Positions 1 to 14,326 of a DNA stretch of 64,000 nucleotides are shown piece by piece (positions within the stretch are counted from its first letter, which is position 1; each line of letters opens with the position of its first letter). The notes under the pieces were generated by a model. The model saw only the letters and a list, made by a program, of their open reading frames with translations. It made no database searches and was not told where the DNA came from. Origin of the DNA: Centroscyllium fabricii (taxonomy: Eukaryota); the NCBI GenBank assembly GCA_051313645.2, contig JBNRSN020000194.1:186001-250000 (forward strand). Reading direction: 5' to 3'. The position numbers were made by a program, and so were the translations under genes.

Positions 1-3000
1 CTGACTGAGAATACTCGGAGCACACACCCCTGACTGAGAATATTTGGAGCACCCGACCCTGACTGAGAATATTCGGAGCACTCGCCCCTGACTAAGAATA
101 TTGAGAGCGCCCGCACCTGACTGAGGATACTCCGAGCACCCACCCCTGACTGAGAATACTGAGAGCACCCGCACCTGACTGAGAATACTGGGAGCACCCG
201 CCCCAGACTTAGCATATTCAGAGCACAAGCCCCTGACTGTGAATACTCAGAGCTCACACACCTGACTGAGAATACTCGGGTCACCCGCATCTGAATGAGA
301 ATACTTGGTGCACCCGCCCCTGACTGAGAATATTGAGGTCACCCGCACCTGACTGTGAATAGTAAAGAGCACCCGCCCCTTAATGAGAATACTCAGATCA
401 CCCGCCCCTGACTGAGAATACTCAGATAACCCGCCCATGACTGAGAATACTTGGAGTAACGACCCCTGACTGAGAATACTCGGAGCACTCGCCTCTGACT
501 GACAATACTCGGAGCACTCGCCCCTGAATGAAAATGTTCGGAGCACCCGCCCCTGACTGGGAATATTCGGAGCACACACCCCTGACTGGGAATACTCGGA
601 GTACCTGCCCCTGACTCAGAATACTGAGAGCACCCGCCCCTGACTGAAAATACTTGGAGCACCAGCACCTGACTGAGAATACTCAGAGCACTTGCCCCTG
701 ACTGAGAATACTGTTTGCACCCACCCCTGACTGAGAATACTCAGAGCACTCACCTCTGACTGAGAATAATCGGAGCACTCGACCCTGACTGAGGATACTC
801 GGAGTACCCGCCCCTGACCCAGAAAACTGAGAGCACCCGCCCCTGACTCAGAATACTCATAGCACCCGCCCCTGAATGAGAATACTCAGATCACTCGCCC
901 CTGACTGAGAATACTTGGAGCACACGCCCCTGACTGAGAATACTCGGAGCACATGCCCCTGACTGACACTACTCGGAACACACGCCCCTGACTGAGAATA
1001 CCTGTTGCACCCGGCGTGACTGAGAATATTCGGAGCTCCCAACCCTGACTGAGTATACTCGGAGCACCCGCACCTGACAGAGAATACTCAGAGCTCCCGC
1101 CCCTGACTGAGTATACTCGGAGCACGCGCCCCTGACTGAGAATACTCGGAGCACACACCCCTGACTGAGAATATTTGGAGCACCCGCCCCTGACTGAGAA
1201 TATTCGGAGCACTCGCCCCAGACTAAGAATACTGAGAGCACCTGCCCCTGACTGAGGATACTCCGAGCACCCACCCCTGACTGAGAATACTGAAAGCACC
1301 CGCACCTGACTGAGAATACTGTGAGCACCCGCCCCTGACTTAGAATACACAGTGCACACGCCCCTGACTGTGAATACTCAGAGAACACACTCCTGACTGA
1401 GAATACTCGGGTCACCCGCATCTGAATGAGAATACTTGGTTCACCCGCCCCAGACTGAGAATATTGAGGTCACCTGCACCTGACTGAGAATAGTAAAGAG
1501 CACCCGCCCCTTAATGAGAATACTCAGAGCACCCGCCCTTGACTGAGAATACTCGGAGCACTCGCCTCTGACTGAGAATACTCGGAGCACTCGCCCCTGA
1601 TTGAAAATGTTCGGAGCACCCGCCCCTGACTGAGAATACTCGGAGCACACACCCCTGACTGAGAATACTCGGAGTACCTGCCCCTGACTCAGAATACTGA
1701 GAGCACCCGCACCTGACTGAAAATACTTGGAGCACCCGCACCTGACTGAGAATACTCAGAGCACTTGCCCCTGACAGAGAATACTGTTTGCACCCACCCC
1801 TGACTGAGAATAGTCAGAGCACTCGCCTCTGTCTGAGAATAATCGGAGCAATCGACCCTGACTGAGGATACTCGGAGTACCCGCCCCTGACCCAGAATAC
1901 TGAGAGCAACCGCCCCTGACTCAGAATATTCAGAGCAACCGCCCCTGAATGAGAATACTCAGAGCACTCGCCCCTGACTGAGAATACTTGGAGCACACAC
2001 CCCTGACTGAGAATACTCGGAGCACCTGCCCCTTACTTAGAATACTCGGATCACCCGCCCCTGACAGAGAATACTTAGAGTACCCGCCCCTGACTGAGAA
2101 TACTCAGAGCACCCGCCCCTGACTGAGAATAATGAGAGCATCCGCACCTGACTGAGAATTCTCAGAGCACCTGCCCCTGACTCAGAATACTCAGAGCAGA
2201 CACCCCTGACTGAGAATACTCGGAGCACTCGCCCATGACTGAGAATACTGGGACCACACACCCCTGACTGAGAATACTCGGAGCACACACCCCTGACTGA
2301 GAATACTTGGAGCATCCGCGCCTGACTGAGAATATTCGGATCACTCGCCCATGACTAATAATACTGAGAGCACCCGCCCCTGACTGAGGATACTCAGAGC
2401 ACCCACCCCTGACTGAGAATACTGAGAGCACCCGCACCTGACTGTGAATACTGAGAGCACCCGCCCCTGACTCAGAATACTGAGGGCACACGCCCCTGAC
2501 TGAGAATACTCAGAGCACCCACCCCTGACTGAGTATACTGGGAGCACCCGCCCTGACTGAGAATACTCGGAGCACCCGCCCCTGACTTAGAATAATCGGA
2601 GCACCAGCCCCTGACTGAGGATACTCAGAGCACCCACCCCAGACTGAGAATAATGAGATCACCCGCACCTGACTGAGAATACTGAGATCACCCGCCGCTG
2701 ACTGAGAATACTCGGAGCACACACCCCTGACTGAGAATTCTCAGAGCACCTGCCCCTGACTCAGAATACTCGGAGCAGACTCACCTGACTGAGAATACTC
2801 GGAGCACACGCCCATGACTGAGAATACTGGGACCACACACCCCTGACTGAGAATACTCGGAGCACACCCCCCTGACTGAGAATACTTGGAGCAACCGCGC
2901 CTGACTGAGAATATTCGGATCACTCGCCTCTGACTAAGAATACTGAGAGCACTCGCCCCTGACTGAGGATACTCAGAGCACCCACCCCTGACTGAGAATA

Positions 3001-6000
3001 CTGAGAGCACCCGCACCTGACTGTGAATACTGAGAGCACCCTCCCCTGACTGAGAATACTGAGGGAACCCACCCCTGACTGAGAATACTGTGAGGACCCG
3101 CCCCTGTCTGTGAATACTCGGAGCACCTGCCTCTGACTGAGAATACTCGGAGCTCCCGCCCATGACTCAGAATACTGAGAGCACCCGACCCTGACTGAGA
3201 ATAATCGGATCACCCACCCCTGACTGAGAATAATGAGAGCACCTGCCCCTGACTAAGAATACTGAGAGCACCCGGCCCTGACTGAGGATACTCAGAGCGC
3301 CACCCCTGAATGAGAATACTGAGAGCACCCGCACCTGAATGTGAATACTGAGAGCACCCGCCCCTGACTCAGAATACTGAGGGCACCCGCCCCTGACTGA
3401 GAATACTCAGAGTACCCGCCCCTGACTGAGAATACTCAGAGCACCCGCCCCTGACTGAGTATACTGGGAGCACCCGCCCCGACTGAGAATACTCGGAGCA
3501 CCCGGCCCTGACTGAGAATACTGGGAGCACCCGCCCCTGACTTAGAATAATCGGAGCACCAGCCCCTGACTGAGGATACTCAGAGCACACACCCCTGACT
3601 GAGAATAATGAGAGCACCCGCACCTAACTGAGAATACTGAGAGCACCCGCCGCTGACTGAGAATACTCGGAGCACACACCCCTGACTGAGAATTCTCAGA
3701 GCACCTGCCTCTGAATCAGAATACTCGGAGCAGACACCCCTGACTGAGAATACTCGGAGCACTCGCACATGACTGAGAATACTGGGACCACACACCCCTG
3801 ACTGAGAATACTCGGAGCACACACCCATGACTGAGAATACTTGGAGCACCCGCGCCTGACTGAGAATATTCGGATCACTCTCCCCTGACTATGAATACTG
3901 AGAGCACCCGCCCCTGAATGAGGATAATCAGAGCACCCACCCCTGACTGAGAATACTGAGAGCACCCGCACCTGACTGTGAATACTCAGAGCACCCACCA
4001 CTGACTGGGAAAACTTGGAGTATCTGCCCCTGACTGGGAATACTCAGAGCACACGCCCCTGTCTGAGAATAATCGGGGCACTCGCCTCTGACTCAGAATA
4101 CTCAGAGCACGCGCCGCTGACTGAGAATAATGAGAGCACCCGCCCCTGACCGAGTATACTGGGAGCACCCACCCCGACTGAGAATACTCGGAGCACCCGC
4201 CCCTGACTTAGAATACTCGGAGCACCCGCCCCAGACTTAGAATAATCGGAGCACCAGCCCTTGACTGAGGATACTCAGAGCAACCACCCCTGACTGAGAA
4301 TAATGAGATCACCCGCACCTGACTGAGAATACTGAGAGCACCCGCCGCTGACTGAGAATACTCGGAGCACATACCCCTGACTGAGATTTCTTAGAGCACA
4401 TGCCCCTGACTCAGAATAATCGGAGCAGACACCACTGACTGAGAATGCTCGGAGCACACGCCCATGACTGAGAATACTGGGACCACACACCCCTGACTGA
4501 GAATACTCGGAACACACACCCCTGACTGATAATACATGGAGCACCCGCGCCTGACTGAGAATATTCGGATCACTCGCCTCTGACTAAGAATACTGAGAGC
4601 ACCCGCACCTGACTGTGAATACTGAGAGCACCCGCCCCTGACTGAGAATACTGAGGGAAACCGCCCCTGACTGAGAATACTGAGAGCACCCGCCCCTGAC
4701 TGAGAATACTGTGAGCACCCGCCCCTGACTGTGAATACTCGGAGCACCTGCCTCTGACTGAGAATACTCGGAGCTCCCGCCCCTGACTCAGAATACTGAG
4801 AGCACCCGACCCTGACTGAGAATAATCGGATCACCCACCCCTGACTGAGAATAATGCGAGCACCCGCCCCTGACTAAGAATACTGAGAGCACCCGCCCCT
4901 GACTGAGAATACTCGGAGCACCCGCCCCTGACTGAGAATAGTGAGAGCACCCGCCCCTGACTGAGAATACTGAGAGCACCCGCCCCTGACTGAGAATACT
5001 GTGAGCACCCGCCCCTGACTGTGAATACTCGGAGCACCCGCCTCTGACTGAGAATACTCGGAGCTCCCGCCCCGACTCAGAATAGTGAGAGCGCCCGCCC
5101 CTGACTGAGAATAATCGGATCACCCGCCCCTGAATGAGAATACTCAGAGCACTCACCCCTGACTGAGAACACTTGGACCACACACCCCTGATTGAGAATA
5201 CTCGGAGCACCTGCCACTGACTTAGAATACTCGGATCACCCGCCCCTGACTGAGAATACTCAGAGTACCCGCCCCTGACTGAGAATACTCAGAGCACCCG
5301 CCCCTGACTGAGTATACTGGGAGCACCCGCCCCTGACTGAGAATACTCGGAGCACCCGGCCCTGACTGATAATACTCGGAGCACCCGCACCTGACTTAGA
5401 ATAATCGGAGCACCAGCCCCTGACTGAGGATACTCAGAGCACCCACCCCTGACTGAGAATAATGAGAGCACCCGCACCTGACTGAGAATAATGAGAGCAC
5501 CCGCCGCTGACTGAGAATACTCGGAGCACACACCCCTGACTGAGAATTCTCAGAGCACCTGCACCTGACTCTGAATACTCGGAGCAGACACCCCTGACTG
5601 AGAATACTCGGAGCACTCGCCGATGACTGAGAATACTGGGACCACACACCCCTGACTGAGAATACTCGGAGCACACAACCCTGACTGAGAATACTTGGAG
5701 CACCCGCGCCTGACTGAGAATATTCGGATCACTCGCCCCTGACTATGAATACTGAGAGAACCCGCCCCTGAATGAGGATAATCAGAGCACCCACCCCTGA
5801 CTGAGAATACTGAGAGCACCCGCACCTGACTGTGAATAATGAGAGCACCCGCCCCTGACTGAGAATACTGAGGGCACCCGCCCCTGACTGACAATACTGA
5901 GAGCACCCGCCCATGACTGAGAATACTGTGAGCACCCGCCCCTGACTGTGAATACTCGGAGCACCCGCCTCTGACTGAGAATACTCGGAGCTCCCGCCCC

Positions 6001-7249
6001 TGACTCAGAATAGTGAGAGCACCCGCCCCTGACTGAGAATAATCGGATCACCCGCCCCTGACTGAGAATAATGAGAGCACCCGCCCCTGACTAAGAATAC
6101 TGAGAGCACCCGCCCCTGACTGAGAATACTCGGAGCACCCGCCCCTGACTGAGAATAGTGAGAGCACCGCCCCTGACTGAGAATATTCGGAGTACCCACC
6201 ACTGACTGAGAATACTCGGAGTACCCTCCACTGACTGAGAATACTCAGAGCACTCGCACCTGACTGAAAATAGTCGGAGTACCCGCAGCTGACTGAGAAT
6301 ACTTTGAGTACCAGCCCCTGACTGAGAATACTCGGAGCACCTGCCCCTGACTGAGAATACTTGGAGCACCTGCACCTGACTGAGAATACTCAGAGCACTC
6401 GCCCCTGACTGAGAATACTGAGAGCACCCGCCCCTGACTGAGAATACTCAGAGCACTCGCCCCTGACTGAGAATACTCGGATCACCCACCGCTGACTGAG
6501 AATACTTGGAGCACCAACCCCTGAATGAGAATACTCGGAGCACTCGCCCATGACTGAGAATACTGGGAGCACACACCCCTTACTGATAATACTCGGATCA
6601 CACGCCCCTGACTGAGAATACTCGGAGCACCCGCCCCTGACTGAGATTACTCGGAGCACCCACCCCTGACTGATACTACTCGGAGTACCCGCCCCTGACT
6701 GAGAATACCTGAGGCACACGGCATGACTGAGAATACTCGGAGCTCCCAGCCCTGACTGAGTATACTCGGAGCACCCGCCCCTGAATGAGAATACTCGGAG
6801 CTCCCGCCACTGACTGAGTATACTCGGAGCACCCGCCCCTGACTGAGAAATCTCGGAGCACACACACCTGACTGAGAATATTGAGAGCACCCGCCCCTGA
6901 CTGAGGATACTCAGAGCACCCACCCCTGACTGAGAATACTGAGAGCCCCCGGACCTGACTGAGAACACTGAGAGCACCCGCCCCGGACTGAGAATACTGA
7001 GAGCAACCGCCCCTGACTGAAAATATTGAGAGCACCCGCCCCTGACTGAGAATATTGTGAGCACCCGCCCCTGACTGATAATACTCGGAGCACCCGCCTC
7101 TGACTGAGAATACTCGGAGCTCCCGCCACTGACTTAGTAAACTGAGAGCACCCGCCCCTGACTGAGAATACTCGGAGCAACCGCCCCTGACTGAGAAAAA
7201 TGAGAGCACCCGCCCCTGACTAAGAATACTGAGAGCACCCGCCCCTCAC

Positions 7250-10200
7250 TGAGAATACTCGGAGCACCCGCCCTTTACTGAGAATACTGAGAGCACCCAC
7301 CCCTGACTCAGAATACTGAGAGCACCCGCCCCTGACTCAGAATACTCAGAGCACTCGCCCCTGACTGAGAATACTCGGAGCACCCACCGCTGACTGAGAA
7401 TACTTGGAGCACCAACCCCTGAATGAAATACTCGGAGCACTCGCCCATGACTGAGAATACTGGGAGCACACACCCCTTCTGAGAATACTCAGAGCTCCCG
7501 CCCCTGACTGAGAATACTCGGAGCACCCGCCCCTGACTGATAATACTCGGAGCACACACCCCTGACTGAGAATACTTGGAGCACCCGCCTCTGACTGAGG
7601 ATATTCAGAGCACTCGCCCCTGACTGAGAATACTGAGAGCACCCGCCCCTGACTGAGGATACTCAGAGCACCCACCCCTGACTGAGAATACTGAGAGCAC
7701 CCGCACCTGGCTGAGAATACTGAGACCACCCGCCCCTGACTTAGAATACTCAGAGCATACGCCACTGACTGTGAATACTCAGAGCACACACCCCTGACTG
7801 AGAATACTCGGAGCACCCGCCCATGAATGAGATTATTCGGAGCACCCGCCCCTGAATGAGAATACTGAGGTCACCCGCCGCTGACTGAGAATACTCAGAG
7901 CACCCGCCCCTTAATGAGAATACTCAGAGCACCCGCCCCTGACTGAGAATACTCAGAACACCCGCACCTGACTGAGAATACTCGGAGTACCTGCCCCTGA
8001 CTGAGAATACTCGGAGCACCTGCCACTGACTGAGAATACTTGGAGCACCCGCACCTGACTGAGAATACTCAGAACACTCGCCCCTGACTGAAAATACTGA
8101 GAGCACCCGTCCCTGACTGAGAATACTCAGAGCCCTCGCCTCTGACTGAAAATACTCGGAACACTCGCCCGTGACTGAGGATACTCGGAGTACCCGCCCC
8201 TGACTCAGAATACTGAGAGCACCCACCCCTGACTCAGAATACTGAGAGCACCCGCCCCTGACTCATAATACTTAGAACACTCGCCCCTGACTGAGAATAC
8301 TCGGAGCACCCACCGCTGACTGAGAATACTTGGAGCACCAACTCCTGACTGAGGATACTCAGAGCACACACCCCTGACTGAGAATACCGAGAGCACCCGC
8401 ACATGGCTGAGAATACTGAGACCACCCGCCCCGGACTTTGAATACTCAGAGCATACGCCCCTGACTGTGAATATTCAGAGCACACACCCCTGACTGAGAA
8501 TACTCGGTACACCCGACCCTGAAAGAGATTATTCGGAGCACACTCCCCTGACTGAGAATACTCAGAGCACCCGCCCCTGAATGAGAATACTCAGAGCACC
8601 CGCCCCTGTCTGAGAATATTCATAACACCCGCACCTGACTTAGAATACTCAGATCACGCGCCCCTGAATGAGAATACTCAGAGCTCCCGCCCCTGACTGA
8701 ATATACTCGGAGCACCCGCCCCTGACTGAGAATACTCGGAGCACACACCCCTGACTGAGAATAGTTGGAGCAACTGCCCCTGACTGAGAATATTCGGAGC
8801 ACTCGCCCCTGACTGAGAATACTCAGGGCACTCACCCCTGACTGAGAATACTCGGAGAGACAACCGCTGACTGAGAATACTTGGAGCACACGCCCCTGAA
8901 TGACAATACTCGGAGCACCCGCCCCTGACTGAGAATACTCAGAGCACTCGTCCCGACTGAGAATACTCGGAGCACCAACCTCTGACTAAGAATATTCGGA
9001 GCACCCGCCACTGACTGAGAATATTCGGAGCACCTGCCCCTGACTTAGAATACTCGGAGCACCCGCCGCTGACTGAGAATACTCAGAGCACCCGCCCCTG
9101 AATGAGAATACTCAGAGCACCCGCCCCTGACTGAGTATACTGAGAGCACCCGCCCCTGACTGAGAATACTCGGAGCACCCGGCCCTGACTGAGAATTCTC
9201 GGAACACCCGCCACTGACTTAGAATCATCGGAGCACCAGCCCCTGACTGAGGATACTCAGACCATGCACCCATGACTGAGAATACTGAGAGCACCCGCCC
9301 CTGACTGAGAATACTGAGAGCACCCGCCCCTGACTAAGAATACTCGGAGCAAACACCCCTGACTGAGAATTCTCAGAGCACCTGCCCCTTACTCCGAATA
9401 CTCGGAGCAGACACCCCTGACTGAGAATACTCGGAGCACTCGCCCATGACTGAGAATACTGGGACCACACACCCCTGACTGAGAATACTCAGAGCACACA
9501 CCCCTGACTGAGAAGACTTGGAGCACCCGTGCCTGACTGCGAATATTCGGATCACTCGCCCCTGACTATGAATACTGAGAGCACCCTCCCCTGAATGAGG
9601 ATAATCAGAGCACCCACCCCTGACTGAGAATACTGAGAGCACCCCCACCTGACTGTGAATAATGAGAGCACCCGCCCCTGACTGAGAATACTGAGGGCAC
9701 CCGCCCCTGACTGAGAATACTGAGAGCAACCGCCCCTGACTGAGAATACTGTGAGCACCCGCCCCTGACTGTGAATACTCGGAGCTCCCGCCCCTGAATC
9801 AAAATAGTGAGAGCACCCGCCCCTGACTGAGAATAATCGGATCACCCTCCCCGGACTGAGAATAATGAGAGCACCCGCCCCTGACTAAGAATACTGAGAG
9901 CACCCGCCCCTGACTGAGAATACTCGGAGCACCCGCCCCTGACTGAGAATAGTGAGAGCACCCGCACCTGACTGAGAATACTCGGAGTACCCACCACTGA
10001 CTGAGAATACTCGGAGTACCCACCACTGACTGAGAATACTCAGAGCACTCGCACCTGACTGAAAATAGTCGGAGTACCCGCACATGACTGAGAATACTTG
10101 GAGTACCAGCCCCTGACTGAGAGACTCGGAGCACCTGCCCCTGACTGAGAATACTCAGAGCACTCGCCCCTGACTGAGAATACTGAGAGCACCCGCCCCT

Positions 10201-13200
10201 GACTGAGAATACTCAGAGCACCCGCACCTGACTGAGAATACTCAGAGCACTCGCCCCTGACTTAGAATACTGAGAGCACCCGCCCCTGACTGAGAATACT
10301 CAGAGCACTCGCCCCTGACTGAGAATACTCGGATCACCCACCGCTGACTGAGAATACTTGGAGCACCAACCCCTGAATGAGAATAATCGGAGCACTCGCC
10401 CCTGACTGAGAATACTGGGAGCACACACCTCTTCTGAGAATACTCAGAGCTCCCGCCCCTGACTGAGTATACTTGGAGCACCCGCCCCTGACTGATAATA
10501 CTCGGAGCACACACCCCTGACTGAGAATACTTGGAGCACCCGCCCCTGACTGAGAATATTCAGAGCACTCGCCCCTGACTGAGAATACTGAGAGCACCCG
10601 CCCCTGACTGAGGATACTCAGAGCACACACCCCTGACTTTGAATACTCAGAGCATACGCCCCTGACTGTGAATACTCAGAGCACACACCCCTGACTGAGA
10701 ATACTCGGTGCACCCGACCCTGAATGAGATTATTCGGAGCACCCGCCTCTGACTGAGAATACTGAGGTCACCCGCCCCTGACTGAGAATACTCAGAGCAC
10801 CCGCCCCTTAATGAGAATACTCAGAGCACCAGCCCCTGACAGAATACTCAGAACACCCGCACCTGACTGAGAATACTCAGATCACCCGCCCCTGAATGAG
10901 AATACTCAGAGCACCCGCCCATGACTGAGAATACTCCGAGCACCCACCCATGACTGAGAATACTTGGAGTACCAGCCCCTGAATGAGAATATTCGGAGCA
11001 CTCGCCACTGACTGAAAATTTTCGGAGCACCCGCCCCTGCCTGAGTATACTCGGAGCACACACCTCTGACTCAGAATACTTGGAGAACCAACCCCTGAAT
11101 GAGGATACTCGGTGCACTCGCCCCTGACTGAGAATTCCGGGTGCACACACCCCTTACTGAGTATACTGAGAGCACACATCCCTGACTGAGTATACTCAGA
11201 GCTCCCGCCACTGACTGAATATACTCGGAGCACCCGCCCATGACTGAGAATACTCGGAGCACACACCCCTGACTGAGAATAGTTGGAGCAACTGCCCCTG
11301 ACTGAGAATATTCGGAGCACTCGCCCCTGACTGAGAATTCTCAGAGCACTCGCCCCTGACTGAGAATACTCGGAGTAACCACCGCTGACTGAGAATAATT
11401 GGAGCACACGCCCCTGAATGAGAATACTCGGAGCACCCGCCCCTGACTGAGAATACTCAGAGCACTCGTCCCGACTGAGAATACTCGGAGCACCCACCTC
11501 TGACTAAGAATATTCAGAGCACCCGCCACTGACTGCGAATACTCGGAGTACCTGCCACTGACTGAGAATACTCGGAGCACCTGCCCCTGACTGAGAATAC
11601 TTGGAGCACCCGCACCTGACTGGGAATACTCAGAGCACTCGCCCCTGACTGAGAATGCTGAGAGCACCCGCCCCTGACTGAGAATACTCAGAGCCCTCGC
11701 CTCTGACTGAAAATACTCGGAACACTCGCCCGTGACTGAGGCTACTCGGAGTACCCGCCCCTGACTCAGAATACTGAGAGTACCCACCCCTGACTCAGAA
11801 TACTGAGAGCACCCGCCCCTGACTCAGAATACTCAGAGCACTCGCCCCTGACTGAGAATACTCGGAGCACCCACCGCTGACTGAGAATACTTGGAGCACC
11901 AACCCCTGAATGAAATACTCGGAGCACTCGCCCCTGACTGAGAATACTGGGAGCACACACCCCTTCTGAGAATACTCAGAGCTCCCGCCCCTGACTGAGT
12001 ATACTCGGAGCACCCGCCCCTGACTGATAATACTCGGAGCACACACCCCTGACTGAGAATACTTGGAGCACCCGCCCCTGACTGAGAATATTCAGAGCAC
12101 TCGCCCCTGACTGAGAATACTGAGAGCACCCGCCCCTGACTGAGGATACTCAGAGCACCCACCCCTGACTGAGAATACTGAGAGCACCCGCAACTGGCTG
12201 AGAATACTGAGACCACCCGCCCCTGACTTAGAATACTCAGAGCATACGCCACTGACTGTGAATACTCAGAGCACACAACCCTGACTGAGAATACTCGGAG
12301 CACACGCCCATGAATGAGATTATTCGGAGCACCCGCCCCTGACTGAGAATACTGAGGTCACCCGCTGCTGACTGAGAATACTCAGAGCACCCGCCCCTTA
12401 ATGAGAATACTCAGAGCACCCGCCCCTGACTGAGAATACTCAGAACACCCGCACCTGACGGAAAATACTCGGAGTACCTGCATCCTGAATGAGAATACAC
12501 GGAGCACCTGCCCCTGACTGAGAATACTTGGAGCACCCTCACCTGAATGAGAATACTCAGAACACTCGCCCCTGACTGAGAATACTGAGAGCACCCGCCC
12601 CTGACTGAGAATACTCAGAGCCCTCGCCTCTGACTGTAAATACTCGGAACACTCGCCCGTGACTGAGGATACTCGGAGTACCCACCTCTGACTCAGAATA
12701 CTGAGAGCACCCACCCCTGACTCAGAATACTGAGAGCACCCGCCCCTGACTCAGAATACTTAGAGCATTCGCCCCTGACTGAGAATACTCGGAGCACCCA
12801 CCGCTGACTGAGAATACTTGGAGCACCAACTCCTGACTGAGGATACTCAGAGCACACACCCCTGACTGAGAATACCGAGAGCACCCACACCTGGCTGAGA
12901 ATACTGAGACCACCCGCCCCAGACTTTGAATACTCAGAGCATACGCCCCTGACTGTGAATATTCAGAGCACACACCCCTGACTGTGAATACTCGGTACAC
13001 CCGACCATGAATGAGATTATTCGGAGTACCCTCCCCTGTCTGAGAATAGTGAGGTCACCCGCCCCTGACTGAGAACACTCAGAGCACCGGCGCCTTAATG
13101 AGAATACTCAGAGCACCCGCCCCTGACTGAGAATACTCATAACACCCGCACCTGACTGAGAATACTCAGATCACCCGCCCCTGAATGAGAATACTCAGAG

Positions 13201-14100
13201 CACCCGCCCATGACTGAGAATACTCCGACCACCCACCCATGACTGAGAATACTTGCGGTACAAGCCCCTGAATGAGAATATTCGGAGCACCCGCCCCTGC
13301 CTGAGTATACTCGGAGCACACACACCTGACTCAGAATACTTGGAGAACCATCCCCTGAATGAGGATACTCGGTGAACTCGCCCCTGACTGAGAATTCTGG
13401 GAGCACACACCCCTTACTGAGAATACTGAGAGCACACATCCCTGACTGAGAATACTCAGAGCTCCCGCCCCTGACTGAATATACTCGGAGCACCCGCCCC
13501 TGACTGAGAATACTCGGAGCACACACCCCTGACTGAGAATATTTGGAGCAACCGCCCCTGACTGAGAATATTCGGAGCACTCGCCCCTGACTGAGAATAC
13601 TCAGAGCACTCTCCCCTGACTGAGAATACTCGGAGTAACCACCGCTGACTGAGAATACTTGGAGCATAAGCCCCTGAATGAGAATACTCGGAGCACCCGC
13701 CACTGACTGAGAATACACAGAGCACTCGTCCCGACTGAGAATACACGGAGCACCAACCTCTGTCTAAGAATATTCGGAGCACCCGCCACTGACTGAGAAT
13801 ACTCGGAGCACCTGCACCTGACTTAGTATACTCGGAGCACCCGCCGCTGACTGAGAATACTCAGAGCACCCGCCACTGACTGAGAATACTCAGAGCACCC
13901 GCCCCTGACTGAGAATACTGAGAACACCCGCCCCTGACTGAGAATACTCGGAGCACCCGGCCCTGACTGAGAATTCTCGGAGCACCAGCCACTGACTTAG
14001 AATAATCGGAGCACCAGCCCCTGACTGAGGATACTCAGAGCACGCACCCCTGACTGAGAATACTGAGAGCATCCGCCCCTGACTAATAATACTCGGAGCA
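7250..14100. repeat. Older ~4.49-kb-offset duplication in the satellite (about 7250-9400 vs 11740-14100)
   Basis: Similar variant strings recur at +4487/4488 (7308/11795, 7346/11833, 8205/12693, 8234/12722) with several mismatches. Boundaries are approximate. Confidence 0.7.
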
Positions 14101-14326
14101 AACACCCCTGACTGAGAATTCTCAGAGCACCTGCGCCTTACTCCGAATACTCGGAGCAGACCCCCCTGACTGAGAATACTCGGAGCACTCGCCCATGACT
14201 GAGAATACTGGGAGCACACACCCCTTACTGAGAATACTCGGATCACCCGCCCCTGACTGAGAATGCTCAGAGCACCCGCCCCTGACTGAGAATACTCGGA
14301 GCACCCACCCCTGACTGATACTACTC

